Source: a virus. Taken from it: 64,000 nucleotides of DNA. Location: positions 127,496 through 191,495 of IMG/VR virus record IMGVR_UViG_3300025096_000004, one strand, 5' to 3'. Positions within the stretch are counted from its first letter, which is position 1. The number at the start of each line of letters is the position of its first letter. Shown here piece after piece: positions 10,194 to 19,409 of the stretch. The translations under genes were made by a program, and so were the position numbers. The notes under the pieces were generated by a model. It searched no databases and was not told the DNA's origin. It worked only from the letters and a program-made list of their open reading frames with translations.

Positions 10194-10218
10194 CTATATA
10201 ACCTAGGAGAAGATTGTA

Positions 10219-10563
10219 ATGGGTAGAAGAAATAGAAGAAGAAAGGCAATGATGAGAAAAGTTAAAGCTGGGCACCAACTGGATGATACTCTTTTGCGTA
10301 AAGTAGGATTAGGACATGTTGTCGATGAAAGACTAAAGTTGGAAGCTGAAGAGAAAGCCCAAGCAGCCGAAGAAGTACGATTGAAGGCAGAAGAAGAGGC
10401 CCAATTAAAGGCCCAAGCTGAAGCCAAAGCCGCCGCTGATGCGAAAGCAAAAGCAGAAGCAGAAGCTGATGCGAAAGCAAAGAAAGCCATCCCCGCAAAA
10501 GCTAAAAAACCCAAGCCCAAAAGAGCCCCACGGCGGAAATCCACTGTAAAAGAGAAGAAATGA
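10219..10563 (+). CDS. basic Lys/Ala-rich low-complexity protein (histone H1-like composition)
   Basis: AEAKAAADAKAK and KAKKPKPKRAPRRK tracts; AGGAG RBS. Confidence 0.55.
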   Translation: MGRRNRRRKAMMRKVKAGHQLDDTLLRKVGLGHVVDERLKLEAEEKAQAAEEVRLKAEEEAQLKAQAEAKAAADAKAKAEAEADAKAKKAIPAKAKKPKPKRAPRRKSTVKEKK

Positions 10564-10802
10564 AAAAATTATCTAAATTACAACAAAAATTGTGGGATTC
10601 TGGCCAATTAAAGCCAAACCCCATCCCAAGACAAGAAGACAATTCGGTAATGATTGACAAAATGAAAAACCAATCCAACATTAACCTTATGAAGCTTAAA
10701 AAAAATGATCTTTTAGCAATCGCCGAAGGCATGGGGTGTAAAGTGACCCCTAAGAATACTAAGAAACAAATCATTGAAGCCATTGAAAAACAATCCGCAT
10801 AA
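10560..10802 (+). CDS. small protein with Rho-N/HeH-like helix-extension-helix motif
   Basis: LKKNDLLAIAEGMGCKVTPKNTKKQIIEAIE pattern. Confidence 0.55.
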   Translation: MKKLSKLQQKLWDSGQLKPNPIPRQEDNSVMIDKMKNQSNINLMKLKKNDLLAIAEGMGCKVTPKNTKKQIIEAIEKQSA

Positions 10803-10812
10803 TAAATTTAAG

Positions 10813-10820
10813 ACTATTTA
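10813..10820 (+). promoter_or_regulatory. putative late promoter motif
   Basis: ACTATTTA before the neck gene. Confidence 0.65.
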
Positions 10821-10843
10821 CTTGAGACTGGAGGATTATATGA

Positions 10844-12124
10844 ATGGCTGTACCAACTTTAACACCCGTCTCTAAGACAAGTGCAATTGTGCTCCCATCC
10901 GCTGGCACACCAGAAAACGTCGCCGCTGCATGCCCAATTGGCGTATACATTGGTTCTGTTGATTTTTTGTCTGGCGCATCGGCACAGGTTGCTTATACCT
11001 ATAAGAAGCTTGGTGGCGATATACTTGATATCGAAATTACTGAACAAAACGTTTATGCTAACTATGAAGAGGCTTGCCTCGAGTATTCTTATTTGGTTAA
11101 TATACATCAATCGAAGAATTCCCTTGGCTCTGCTCTCGGAGCAAGCACGGGATCTTTCGACCACACAGGCGAGTTCTCAGGCTCGGCATCAGGCTCTGCT
11201 GCTAACGTGGGTGCAAATGTTAAATTTCCAAAAATTCGTTTTGAAGCTTCAAATCGCTTAAGTGATACTTATTCGACCACAACAGGTATTGGTGGAACAG
11301 AACAAGTGTATTCTGCCTCTTTTGATACAGTCAATGAGAAACAAGATTATGATTTGCAAAGTATTGTTTCTTCCTCAGCCGCTGATTCAGATAATAGCGC
11401 ATATCCGTACTATGATAAAGTCGGAGACAAAAGAATAATTATTAAAAACGTATATTATCGAACCCCATTTGCCGTCTGGAGATTCTATGGTTATTATGGC
11501 GGGCTGAACGTTGTGGGCAACTTTCATAATTACGGACAATACACAGATGATAGCTCATTTGAGGTTATTCCGTCATGGCACAACAAGATGCAGGCCGTAG
11601 CCTATGAAGACCACCTTTATACGAGAACATCTCATTATTCTTACGAAGTTATAGACAACAAGCTGCGTATTTATCCTGCCCCCGACCGAGGAATGTCTCC
11701 GGTCAAGTTTTGGTTCAGATTTACAATCAAGACCGGCCCATTCGAGGACGAAGGAAATAACGAAGACGGCTTAAATGGCGTTAACAACATGAGCAATCTT
11801 CCATTTGAGAACATTGCATATAATACAATCAACTCAATTGGCAAACAATGGATTCGAAGGTTTGCCCTTGCTCTTTCAAAAGAGACTCTCGGCCAAGTCC
11901 GAGGTAAATTTGGAGGCGCCGTGCCCATACCCGGCGACTCTATATCGTTAAACGCCTCAGATTTGCTTGGACAAGCAAAGGAAGAGCAAACAGCCCTTCG
12001 AGATGAGCTAAAAACCGTCCTCGACGAGATGACATATGACAAAATTATAGAAAAAGAAGCAGCAATGGGCGAAAATTCAATGAAAACGCAAGAAAAGTCG
12101 CCCTTGCCGGTCTTTGTGGGGTAA
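10844..12124 (+). CDS. neck protein, T4 gp13-like
   Basis: Position; DIEITEQNVYANYEEA, KQWIRRFALALSKETLGQVRGKF and IPGDSISLNASDLL motifs. Confidence 0.75.
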   Translation: MAVPTLTPVSKTSAIVLPSAGTPENVAAACPIGVYIGSVDFLSGASAQVAYTYKKLGGDILDIEITEQNVYANYEEACLEYSYLVNIHQSKNSLGSALGASTGSFDHTGEFSGSASGSAANVGANVKFPKIRFEASNRLSDTYSTTTGIGGTEQVYSASFDTVNEKQDYDLQSIVSSSAADSDNSAYPYYDKVGDKRIIIKNVYYRTPFAVWRFYGYYGGLNVVGNFHNYGQYTDDSSFEVIPSWHNKMQAVAYEDHLYTRTSHYSYEVIDNKLRIYPAPDRGMSPVKFWFRFTIKTGPFEDEGNNEDGLNGVNNMSNLPFENIAYNTINSIGKQWIRRFALALSKETLGQVRGKFGGAVPIPGDSISLNASDLLGQAKEEQTALRDELKTVLDEMTYDKIIEKEAAMGENSMKTQEKSPLPVFVG

Positions 12125-12128
12125 ATAA

Positions 12129-12620
12129 ATGGCAGATGATAAATGGAAAGCACCAGAACAGTCGCCTCCTCCGATGTTTTTCGGAGATAAAGAGAAAGAT
12201 TTGGTCAAACAGATCAATGACGAGATCATAGAGCGTGTTGTCGGCCAAGAAGTCCTCTATTTTCCGATTGATTTGAATTATACCAACTTTCATCCGTTAT
12301 ATGGCGAGGCCATAGAAAAAACTTTCTTACCTCCGGTAAGGGTATATGCAAGAGTTGAGTACGGTGGTGTAGAAACCATGTTTATGGAGAATGTTGGTCT
12401 CGATAAGAAGACAACTCTTAAAGTTATGTTTCATAAGAGACGCTTAACAGAAGACCAGAACCTGTTTGTCCGTGAGGGCGATTTCCTTAAGTATGGATCT
12501 ATCTATTATGAGATAGTAAAATTAAATGAACCAAAACACCTTTTTGGTCAGGCCGATAATCAGTTCGAAATCCAAGCCGAATGTATAAGATCAAGGGATG
12601 GACTTTTCAATGCAAAGTAA
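12129..12620 (+). CDS. neck/head completion protein, T4 gp14-like
   Basis: Position after the gp13-like gene; EIIERVVGQEVLYFPI, LYGE and REGDFL motifs. Confidence 0.65.
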   Translation: MADDKWKAPEQSPPPMFFGDKEKDLVKQINDEIIERVVGQEVLYFPIDLNYTNFHPLYGEAIEKTFLPPVRVYARVEYGGVETMFMENVGLDKKTTLKVMFHKRRLTEDQNLFVREGDFLKYGSIYYEIVKLNEPKHLFGQADNQFEIQAECIRSRDGLFNAK

Positions 12621-13479
12621 AACCAGAGATGTAGAATTTCTTCCATCAACGATGGAAACTATTGACACTGCTTTCTATGAGTGGGTTGATGAGTCTCTTA
12701 ACATATCTGTTAATTCTAATGCTGGCTGGAATAAGGTTCCTGTATTGTGGCTGTCGGCCGAACGTGCCTATCAGGTTAAACATACTAAAGAGTTGCGAGA
12801 CTCTGTTGGTAAGTTAAAGCTACCAATTATAACAGTGACTAGAATGTCTATAACTAAAGATAGACAATTCAAGGGAGCAATGCAAGCTCACTTTCCAAAT
12901 GATTCTTTATACTCTGGAGATTACAAAGGCGGCACGATACAAATAGCTCGAAGAATTAAGCAAAATAAAACGAGGGATTTCGCTAATAAAGACCTCCGCA
13001 AGGGAATTCTTGGTGTAACACCCACCGGAGAGTCTGAATATACTGGCCCTAGAGACAACAAGAAGGTGGTCTATGAAACCTTGTCTATTCCTATCCCAAC
13101 CCATGTTACTGTTAAATATAGCATCACTTTGAGATCTGAGTATCAACAACAGATGAATACTATGATACAACCATTTATAACTCGTACTGGCAATGTGTCT
13201 GGTTTTATATTTGGAAAAGATAATCATAAATTTGAGGGCTTTGTGGAACAAGACTTTAGTGATTCCAATAATATGACAAACCTTGGAGAAGAGGAAAGAA
13301 AGTTCGAAACAAAGGTCGAAGTGAAAGTTCTTGGCTATTTAATAGGTGAAGGCCCCAATGATCCAAGGCCCAAAATAACAATTAGGGAGAATCAAGTTGA
13401 GGTTAGAATCTCCCGAGAAAAAGTTATTACAGGCGATTTGAGACCTTGGGCCAAAGATGATGGTAAATACAGAGAATAA
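12598..13479 (+). CDS. tail terminator / sheath stabiliser, T4 gp15-like
   Basis: Between neck and sheath genes; KLKLPIITVTR and IPIPTHVTVKYSITL motifs. The start could be 12610. Confidence 0.55.
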   Translation: MDFSMQSKTRDVEFLPSTMETIDTAFYEWVDESLNISVNSNAGWNKVPVLWLSAERAYQVKHTKELRDSVGKLKLPIITVTRMSITKDRQFKGAMQAHFPNDSLYSGDYKGGTIQIARRIKQNKTRDFANKDLRKGILGVTPTGESEYTGPRDNKKVVYETLSIPIPTHVTVKYSITLRSEYQQQMNTMIQPFITRTGNVSGFIFGKDNHKFEGFVEQDFSDSNNMTNLGEEERKFETKVEVKVLGYLIGEGPNDPRPKITIRENQVEVRISREKVITGDLRPWAKDDGKYRE

Positions 13480-13500
13480 TGGTTATTCAACGAACAAGAT

Positions 13501-13508
13501 ACTATTTA
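13501..13508 (+). promoter_or_regulatory. putative late promoter motif
   Basis: ACTATTTA before the sheath gene. Confidence 0.65.
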
Positions 13509-13543
13509 CTACAAGATATAGTTATAAAAGGAGATAATTCTTA

Positions 13544-16504
13544 ATGCCTGCTAAATTTGATTTTTTATCACCCGGAGTGTCCCTCCGCGAGATTGACCAG
13601 TCTCAAATCCCTTCCGTTACTGCTGAGGACGGTATTTTAATTGTTGGAACGGCTCCCGCCGGTCCTGCCATGAAACCAGTAAGAGTTAGGGATCTTGATA
13701 GTTTCTTGGAAGTGTTTGGATATCCCGGATCTGGGAAACAAGCTACCGATGTTTGGCGAAACGGATCTTTTGGTCCAACATATGGTATGTATGCCGCCCA
13801 AGCTTGGCTGTCTGCGGAATCTTCTCCCGTTACTTACGTTCGTGTGCTTGGGGAACAACATCCATCGCAATCCACCGGATTGCTAGCTGGTTGGACAACC
13901 ACAGATGATATGGATACTGTCCAAGCTGACAACGGCGGCGCCTACGGCTTCTTCGTCGGCCCATCTGGCAGTACCACTGCTTTCAATAAAGATAAACCAG
14001 CAACATTGGCTGCAATTGTATATTGCGATCAAGGCTCGTTAAAGTTAAGTGGCACCGTCTATCAACCGACAGATGCCACCCCCGGTACTACTGCTTCGGT
14101 AGGCAAGGCAATTCAATCCTTGACCACCAGCGGTGTTGCTAATGAGTTTTTGCTCCAGCACGTTGACTCTGCTGGAACTACGACAACAGATTATCTTATC
14201 AATTTTGATAAAGCAGCTTCTAATACAAATTCAAATTTTATTCGAGCAATTATACCAACAAATCCTGAAAAAACTAACGATAATCTTTATTCGACGGTAA
14301 ATGAGCTTTGGCTTGGCGAAACCTATGAAGAATCGGTTAATAGATTTGTAACTTCCGAAGTGTCCACCGCTGGTGGCCAGTGGGGCATACTCGTCCATTT
14401 GGGAAAAGCCAATGATACCGATGGTTGGGCTAAATTTGAAGATCATCGTCGTGAAGCTGAAGCTCCAAAGTCAGGTTGGTTTATTTCGCAAGATTTTGGA
14501 TCTGCAACAAATTATGACACGACAAAGGCCCAAAGGCTTTTCCGAGTTGTTGGTCTTCACGAAGGTGAGTGGCTTCAAAAGAATTTCCAAATTGGGATTG
14601 AAATAGTGAGACTTGGAAATAATGTAGATCCTTATTCTACTTTTAATTTATATGTAATGGATCTAAATGATAACAAAGTTGAGCATTTTAAAAACTTAAA
14701 TTTTAATCCGGGCTCTTCGAATTTTATTGCAAAAAGAATTGGAGATCAAACTCAAGTTTGGAACACCAATCAAAAGAAATATCGGGTACAGGGTGAATAC
14801 CCCAACATTTCAGGCTATATTCGAGTTGAGCTTGCCGAAGCTGTCAAAAATGGCTCTTTGCAATCATTATCGTCAGTTCCATTCGGCGTCCAAGGTCCGG
14901 TGACTTTTAAGGATTTTTTCGCAGTCCAAAACGCAACGGCACAGAAAATTTCAAAGACATCGGCTGGAACCACAGCTTATGCTTATGCGGACTGCATTGG
15001 TTGGCACGACGGCGATGTCGTCAATGGTAATGACACCTCCAACATCGTCGATGATATTTTTGGTTTCGATCATTCTACCACCAAGGTTGGCTTTACGTGG
15101 CCACGCCTTCGCCTGACGACAACATCTTCTAAGGGCTCTTCGAATACAGATTATGCCACTAGTGACTGGCTTGGGGTTTCTCATCGCCTTTCTGGTTCCA
15201 CATCTCTTTCTCAGTGTTATTATGATTTGGTTCGACAAGGTCCAAAAAACACAACTGTTGCTCATGACGTACATTTGGCTGAATCAACCGACGCCCCAAC
15301 AACCGCATCCGAAAAGGAATTTCAATATTTCTTTACTTTGGATGATGTTAAGTGGGATCAAAACACAGATCTTGTATATTATGCGTCTGGCTCGCGATCT
15401 GAGGCCCTCGCCACTGATCAATCTTATACAGCAACTAGTGGTTCGGATGCGCTTATTAACACAATTCGAGTTCGCAAGTTTAAGTCTCCTTTGTTCGGTG
15501 GCTTTGATGGCGTAAGCATCACGGAAGCAAATCCTTTTGCTAACCACTCTGAAGCTCTTGGGTCAAACAGCAGCAATGAAATGAACAATTATGCTGTTTA
15601 TAGTATAATGAAAGCTCTTGATACTGTCGCCGATGAAGAAGTTGTTCCATACGATCTCATTTCTGTCCCCGGCGTGACAAATAACAAAATTACAGATCGA
15701 GTTTTAGAAATCGCCTCCGAACGCGGAGACTCTTTGGCCATCATTGATCTTGAATCCGGTTTCGCACCCGCACAGGTCGAAGGCGCAACCCAAACGGTTG
15801 GGTCTGTAAGAGAAACAATTAGTTCTCTTGTTGGCAGAGACATCAACACAAGTTATGGTGCATGCTACTATCCATGGATTCGTCTTCGTGACACTTTAAG
15901 TGGAAACAATGACGTAATTATGGCACCTCCATCTGTCGCTGCAATCGGTGCAATCGCTCGATCTGAAGCAATTTCTGAGCCTTGGTTTGCACCTGCTGGA
16001 TTTAACCGGGGTGGCATCCGCCAACTTGGTGGAGTAAAAGGCCCACAATGTGTTGGGACTTGGGAACACTTGACCAAGGATAATCGTGATGATCTTTACG
16101 CCGCAAACGTCAATCCGATTGCAAGATTTCCTGCTATCAATGAGATTGTTATTTTTGGCCAAAAGACACTTCAACAGACCCCATCTGCACTTGATCGGAT
16201 TAATGTTCGTCGTTTGATGATTTATTTGAAAAAGTCGATTAAAAACATCGCAGACACGATTTTGTTTGATCAAAATGTTAACACCACTTGGTTGCGCTTC
16301 CGAGGAGAAGCAGACCGAGTATTGTCTTCGGTACAAACCCGACTTGGTCTGACAGAATATAAGGTTGTTTTGGATAAAACAACCACTACTCCTGATTTGA
16401 TTGATCGCAACATTCTTTATGCTAAAATCTTTGTAAAGCCTGCGAGATCAATTGAGTTTATTGCTGTTGATTTCATAATCACCAGAACAGGCGTAGAATT
16501 TTAA
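13544..16504 (+). CDS. tail sheath protein (gp18-like), enlarged
   Basis: N-terminal LSPGVSLREIDQS; C-terminal PWFAPAGFNRG, FGQKTLQ, ALDRINVRRL and IFVKPARSIEFI. Confidence 0.95.
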   Translation: MPAKFDFLSPGVSLREIDQSQIPSVTAEDGILIVGTAPAGPAMKPVRVRDLDSFLEVFGYPGSGKQATDVWRNGSFGPTYGMYAAQAWLSAESSPVTYVRVLGEQHPSQSTGLLAGWTTTDDMDTVQADNGGAYGFFVGPSGSTTAFNKDKPATLAAIVYCDQGSLKLSGTVYQPTDATPGTTASVGKAIQSLTTSGVANEFLLQHVDSAGTTTTDYLINFDKAASNTNSNFIRAIIPTNPEKTNDNLYSTVNELWLGETYEESVNRFVTSEVSTAGGQWGILVHLGKANDTDGWAKFEDHRREAEAPKSGWFISQDFGSATNYDTTKAQRLFRVVGLHEGEWLQKNFQIGIEIVRLGNNVDPYSTFNLYVMDLNDNKVEHFKNLNFNPGSSNFIAKRIGDQTQVWNTNQKKYRVQGEYPNISGYIRVELAEAVKNGSLQSLSSVPFGVQGPVTFKDFFAVQNATAQKISKTSAGTTAYAYADCIGWHDGDVVNGNDTSNIVDDIFGFDHSTTKVGFTWPRLRLTTTSSKGSSNTDYATSDWLGVSHRLSGSTSLSQCYYDLVRQGPKNTTVAHDVHLAESTDAPTTASEKEFQYFFTLDDVKWDQNTDLVYYASGSRSEALATDQSYTATSGSDALINTIRVRKFKSPLFGGFDGVSITEANPFANHSEALGSNSSNEMNNYAVYSIMKALDTVADEEVVPYDLISVPGVTNNKITDRVLEIASERGDSLAIIDLESGFAPAQVEGATQTVGSVRETISSLVGRDINTSYGACYYPWIRLRDTLSGNNDVIMAPPSVAAIGAIARSEAISEPWFAPAGFNRGGIRQLGGVKGPQCVGTWEHLTKDNRDDLYAANVNPIARFPAINEIVIFGQKTLQQTPSALDRINVRRLMIYLKKSIKNIADTILFDQNVNTTWLRFRGEADRVLSSVQTRLGLTEYKVVLDKTTTTPDLIDRNILYAKIFVKPARSIEFIAVDFIITRTGVEF

Positions 16505-16511
16505 TTAAGTT

Positions 16512-16519
16512 ACTAGTTA
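16512..16519 (+). promoter_or_regulatory. putative late promoter motif
   Basis: ACTAGTTA before the tube gene. Confidence 0.6.
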
Positions 16520-16544
16520 GAGTATTAATAGGAGAAACTAACAC

Positions 16545-17156
16545 ATGTCATTTTGGACTTCAACTGCATTAGAGCCTAAGAGGCAATTTAGATTTAGACT
16601 GACCATCACGGCAGTCGATGGTGAAGCAGCTATTTGGTTTGCGAAAAAGGTTACTGTTCCTGCCTTTACGGTTGGAGAAGTTAAACATTCTTTTGTTGAC
16701 AAGACCTTTTATTACCCCGGACGAGTCGAGTGGAATACCATTGAAGCCACTTTGGTAGATCCTGTAAGTCCTGATGCAGTTGGGATGACTAATGCTATGT
16801 TGGCTAAGTCTGGATATTTCATACCTTCTTCTCCCAATGCTGAGGGAGCTTGGGGTTCGATATCAAAAGCAGAAGCTGTTACAGCGGGCATTGGTAACGT
16901 TATTATTGAATCAATTGATCAAGATGGCAATTCTCTTGAACAGTGGTCATTGCAAAATCCTTTTATTAAGTCTGTTAAATATGGAGACCTTTCGTATGAT
17001 TCTGATGAATTGAGAGAAATTTCAATTGAATTTAGATATGATTGGGCAGAATGCTCTATTATGTCCGAAGGTGGCGGAGTTTATAATGATGAAGTTGGAG
17101 ATAAAGCCCAGCGTTACCTCGGAGCCTCAAATCAATCCGGAAATCCTCAATTTTAA
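16545..17156 (+). CDS. tail tube protein (gp19-like)
   Basis: EPKRQFRF, YYPGRVEWNTI, W.L.N.FIKSVKYGDLSY and FRYDWA motifs. Confidence 0.9.
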   Translation: MSFWTSTALEPKRQFRFRLTITAVDGEAAIWFAKKVTVPAFTVGEVKHSFVDKTFYYPGRVEWNTIEATLVDPVSPDAVGMTNAMLAKSGYFIPSSPNAEGAWGSISKAEAVTAGIGNVIIESIDQDGNSLEQWSLQNPFIKSVKYGDLSYDSDELREISIEFRYDWAECSIMSEGGGVYNDEVGDKAQRYLGASNQSGNPQF

Positions 17157-17168
17157 TAGGGGTTTATA

Positions 17169-17891
17169 GTGCCATTTTGGAATTCATCAAAGCTCGAGCC
17201 AAGCAAACAAAACCGATTTAGGGTTGTGTTCACTCCTTCCCTAGATCATCAGACAACACTTCTGCTACTAAATCAAGAAGCAAACAAGCAACAAAAAAAG
17301 GGCGTTTCACTGCCCCCCGAATCCGAAATCCAAGAGAATACCAAAGCCCACTTGTGGAACACCAATTTCGAAGCTACAACCCAAGAAGATTATTGGTGGT
17401 GGGCCAAAGCTTGTAATCTTCCTTCTTTCGAGATTGCGATGTCAGAGTACCAATTGGTTAATCATAAATTTAAATATCCCGGAATGCTTGTATGGAATGA
17501 TGTAACAATCACTTTAGTGGACGTTGGCAATAAAGCAGAAGAAATTATCACAACGCTTAAATTGGCAGGTTATGGCGCCGGCGCTAGTTGCGGCTCGGGG
17601 ATCTCTAAGGGCGCATTTTCTGCCATGGGTGATTTCCGAATACAACTCATCAAGCCTAATGGATCCGTCGCCAAGCAATGGAGATTGGACAACTGGTTTT
17701 ATAGATCCGTTCGATTTGGAGATTTAAGTTATGAAAGCGATGAATTTGTTACGATCGAATTGACTTTGGGATATGATTTTGCCGAATTGGAAACAGGCCC
17801 TCAACCTGAAGAGGTGGCAACAAAAGTCGCCACAGAAAAGAATGAACCCGAACCGGAGTCTCAGCCCGGAACAGAGGAACTTAAATTTTAA
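17169..17891 (+). CDS. second tail-tube-fold protein (tube paralog)
   Basis: GTG start; EPSKQNRFRV, KYPGMLVWNDVTITLVD and SVRFGDLSYES mirror the preceding gene. Confidence 0.8.
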   Translation: MPFWNSSKLEPSKQNRFRVVFTPSLDHQTTLLLLNQEANKQQKKGVSLPPESEIQENTKAHLWNTNFEATTQEDYWWWAKACNLPSFEIAMSEYQLVNHKFKYPGMLVWNDVTITLVDVGNKAEEIITTLKLAGYGAGASCGSGISKGAFSAMGDFRIQLIKPNGSVAKQWRLDNWFYRSVRFGDLSYESDEFVTIELTLGYDFAELETGPQPEEVATKVATEKNEPEPESQPGTEELKF

Positions 17892-17940
17892 TGACAAGGC
17901 CCACGAGTCTTGGGATAAGCAAACTACAAAGAGGTGAAAA

Positions 17941-18810
17941 TTGAGTAGAAACAACGAATCGCGAACTGGGGTCCAAAACCCCGGCGATGCGACAGCGGCG
18001 ACAGAAGTCGCAACAACAGAAAAACAAGAGACAAGAAGTCCATTGGAGTTTATTACTCCTACGGATTTTGTAACACTTCCGTCAAAAGGCAAGAGTTACC
18101 CTTCAAATCATCCGCTTCATAACCAAGAAGTGATTGAGATTAAATATATGACAGCAAAAGAAGAAGATATTCTTACTTCTCGAGCTTTATTGAAAAAAAA
18201 TCTTGCAATTGAAAGATTTCTTCAAAGTGTTATAAAAGATAAACGCATTAACCCAAAAGACATGCTCATTGGTGATCGTAATGCGGTAATTGTCGCAGCC
18301 AGAGCCTCTGGCTATGGTTCTGATTATGAAACTAGTGTTGGTTGCCCAGCATGCGGCGAGCGTTCAATGGTTAATTTTGATCTTTCAGATCCCCAAATAT
18401 ATGAGGGATCACTTCCAGAAGTGGGTGATGTTGAGATAACACCAAACGGGACTTATCTTTTAACTGCTCCAGTCTCTAAGTTCAGGATAGAGCTTAAAAT
18501 GATGACTGGGGAGGATGAAACATATATTTCTCACATTATGATGTCCAACAAGAAGAACAAATTACCAGAAACCAATATGTCTGAGCAATATAAACGAATG
18601 GTGCAGTCTGTATCGGGCTACACTGATCGAAGAGCTATCAACCATTTTTTAACAAATGCACCAGCCCGAGATATGCGTTTTATTAGAACAATCTATAAAT
18701 CTATTTCTCCCGATGTTAAGGTTATTAATGATTTTAATTGCCAGTCCTGTGGCCATAGTCAGGAACTGGAGGTGCCGTTTGGAGCGGACTTTTTTTGGCC
18801 TGACGGATAA
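17941..18810 (+). CDS. tail/baseplate assembly chaperone (gp26-like)
   Basis: TTG start with GAGGTG RBS; VTLPSKG..YP, MTAKEEDILTS, CPACG and CQSC motifs; ends ADFFWPDG. Confidence 0.75.
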   Translation: MSRNNESRTGVQNPGDATAATEVATTEKQETRSPLEFITPTDFVTLPSKGKSYPSNHPLHNQEVIEIKYMTAKEEDILTSRALLKKNLAIERFLQSVIKDKRINPKDMLIGDRNAVIVAARASGYGSDYETSVGCPACGERSMVNFDLSDPQIYEGSLPEVGDVEITPNGTYLLTAPVSKFRIELKMMTGEDETYISHIMMSNKKNKLPETNMSEQYKRMVQSVSGYTDRRAINHFLTNAPARDMRFIRTIYKSISPDVKVINDFNCQSCGHSQELEVPFGADFFWPDG

Positions 18811-18982
18811 ATATATGGAATCTGTCTATGAGCAGTTCTTCTTGCTTAAACACCATGGAGGCTGGTCACTTATAGAAGCATACAATTTGCCTGTTGGCTT
18901 GCGAATGTGGTTTTTGAAAAGATTACAAAAACAGTTTGAAGAAGAAAAGGCAGAAATGGACAAAAGCAATAATAAAAGATAA
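18790..18982 (+). CDS. gp51-like chaperone extension, reached by frameshift or from ATG 18815
   Basis: The +1 frame reads FFGLTDKYMESVYEQFFLLKHHGGWSLIEAYNLPVGLRMWF across the T7 run. Confidence 0.6.
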
Positions 18983-18985
18983 TTA

Positions 18986-19008
18986 ATGCCCGAGAGGGCA
19001 TTTTTTTT
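18986..19008 (+). terminator. intrinsic terminator
   Basis: ATGCCC-GAGA-GGGCAT followed by a T-run. Confidence 0.9.
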
Positions 19009-19013
19009 ATTAA

Positions 19014-19021
19014 ACTATTTA
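19014..19021 (+). promoter_or_regulatory. putative late promoter motif
   Basis: ACTATTTA after the terminator. Confidence 0.65.
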
Positions 19022-19041
19022 TATTATGCGAGGTGTAAACA

Positions 19042-19398
19042 ATGGTGATTGATTTTAGTGATAATAATAATTTAGCGGAAGGTTATACTGATGCTTTTGG
19101 TCAAGTTTCTCAATATTTATTGGGCAAGATCTTCGGCGCAAGCGACGAAGAACTACAGCATTATGCTTGGTTAACTATGAAAGAGGAAAACTCCGACCCT
19201 AAAACCGATTTCGTAATTCGAGGAAAATATAGAGATATCAAGGCATATGCTCAAGCTCTTGCTTATGAAAAGGACTATATCATCGCAATTGAAAAATATG
19301 GCGAAAACCATATGAAAACTGCCAAAACAAAGGCTGAACTTGATCAGGCAACAAATAAATTTGAGAGCTTAACAGGGATTCAGTGGCCATTTAAATAG
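19042..19398 (+). CDS. hypothetical late protein
   Basis: GAGGTG RBS; 118-aa ORF between chaperone and tape measure genes. Confidence 0.6.
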   Translation: MVIDFSDNNNLAEGYTDAFGQVSQYLLGKIFGASDEELQHYAWLTMKEENSDPKTDFVIRGKYRDIKAYAQALAYEKDYIIAIEKYGENHMKTAKTKAELDQATNKFESLTGIQWPFK

Positions 19399-19409
19399 AG
19401 ACCAATCTT

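Noticed and set aside
18656-18789. Track start of the 108-aa ORF at 18656
   Set aside because: It overlaps the conserved C-terminus of the chaperone gene; only the part from the T7 run onward looks protein-like.
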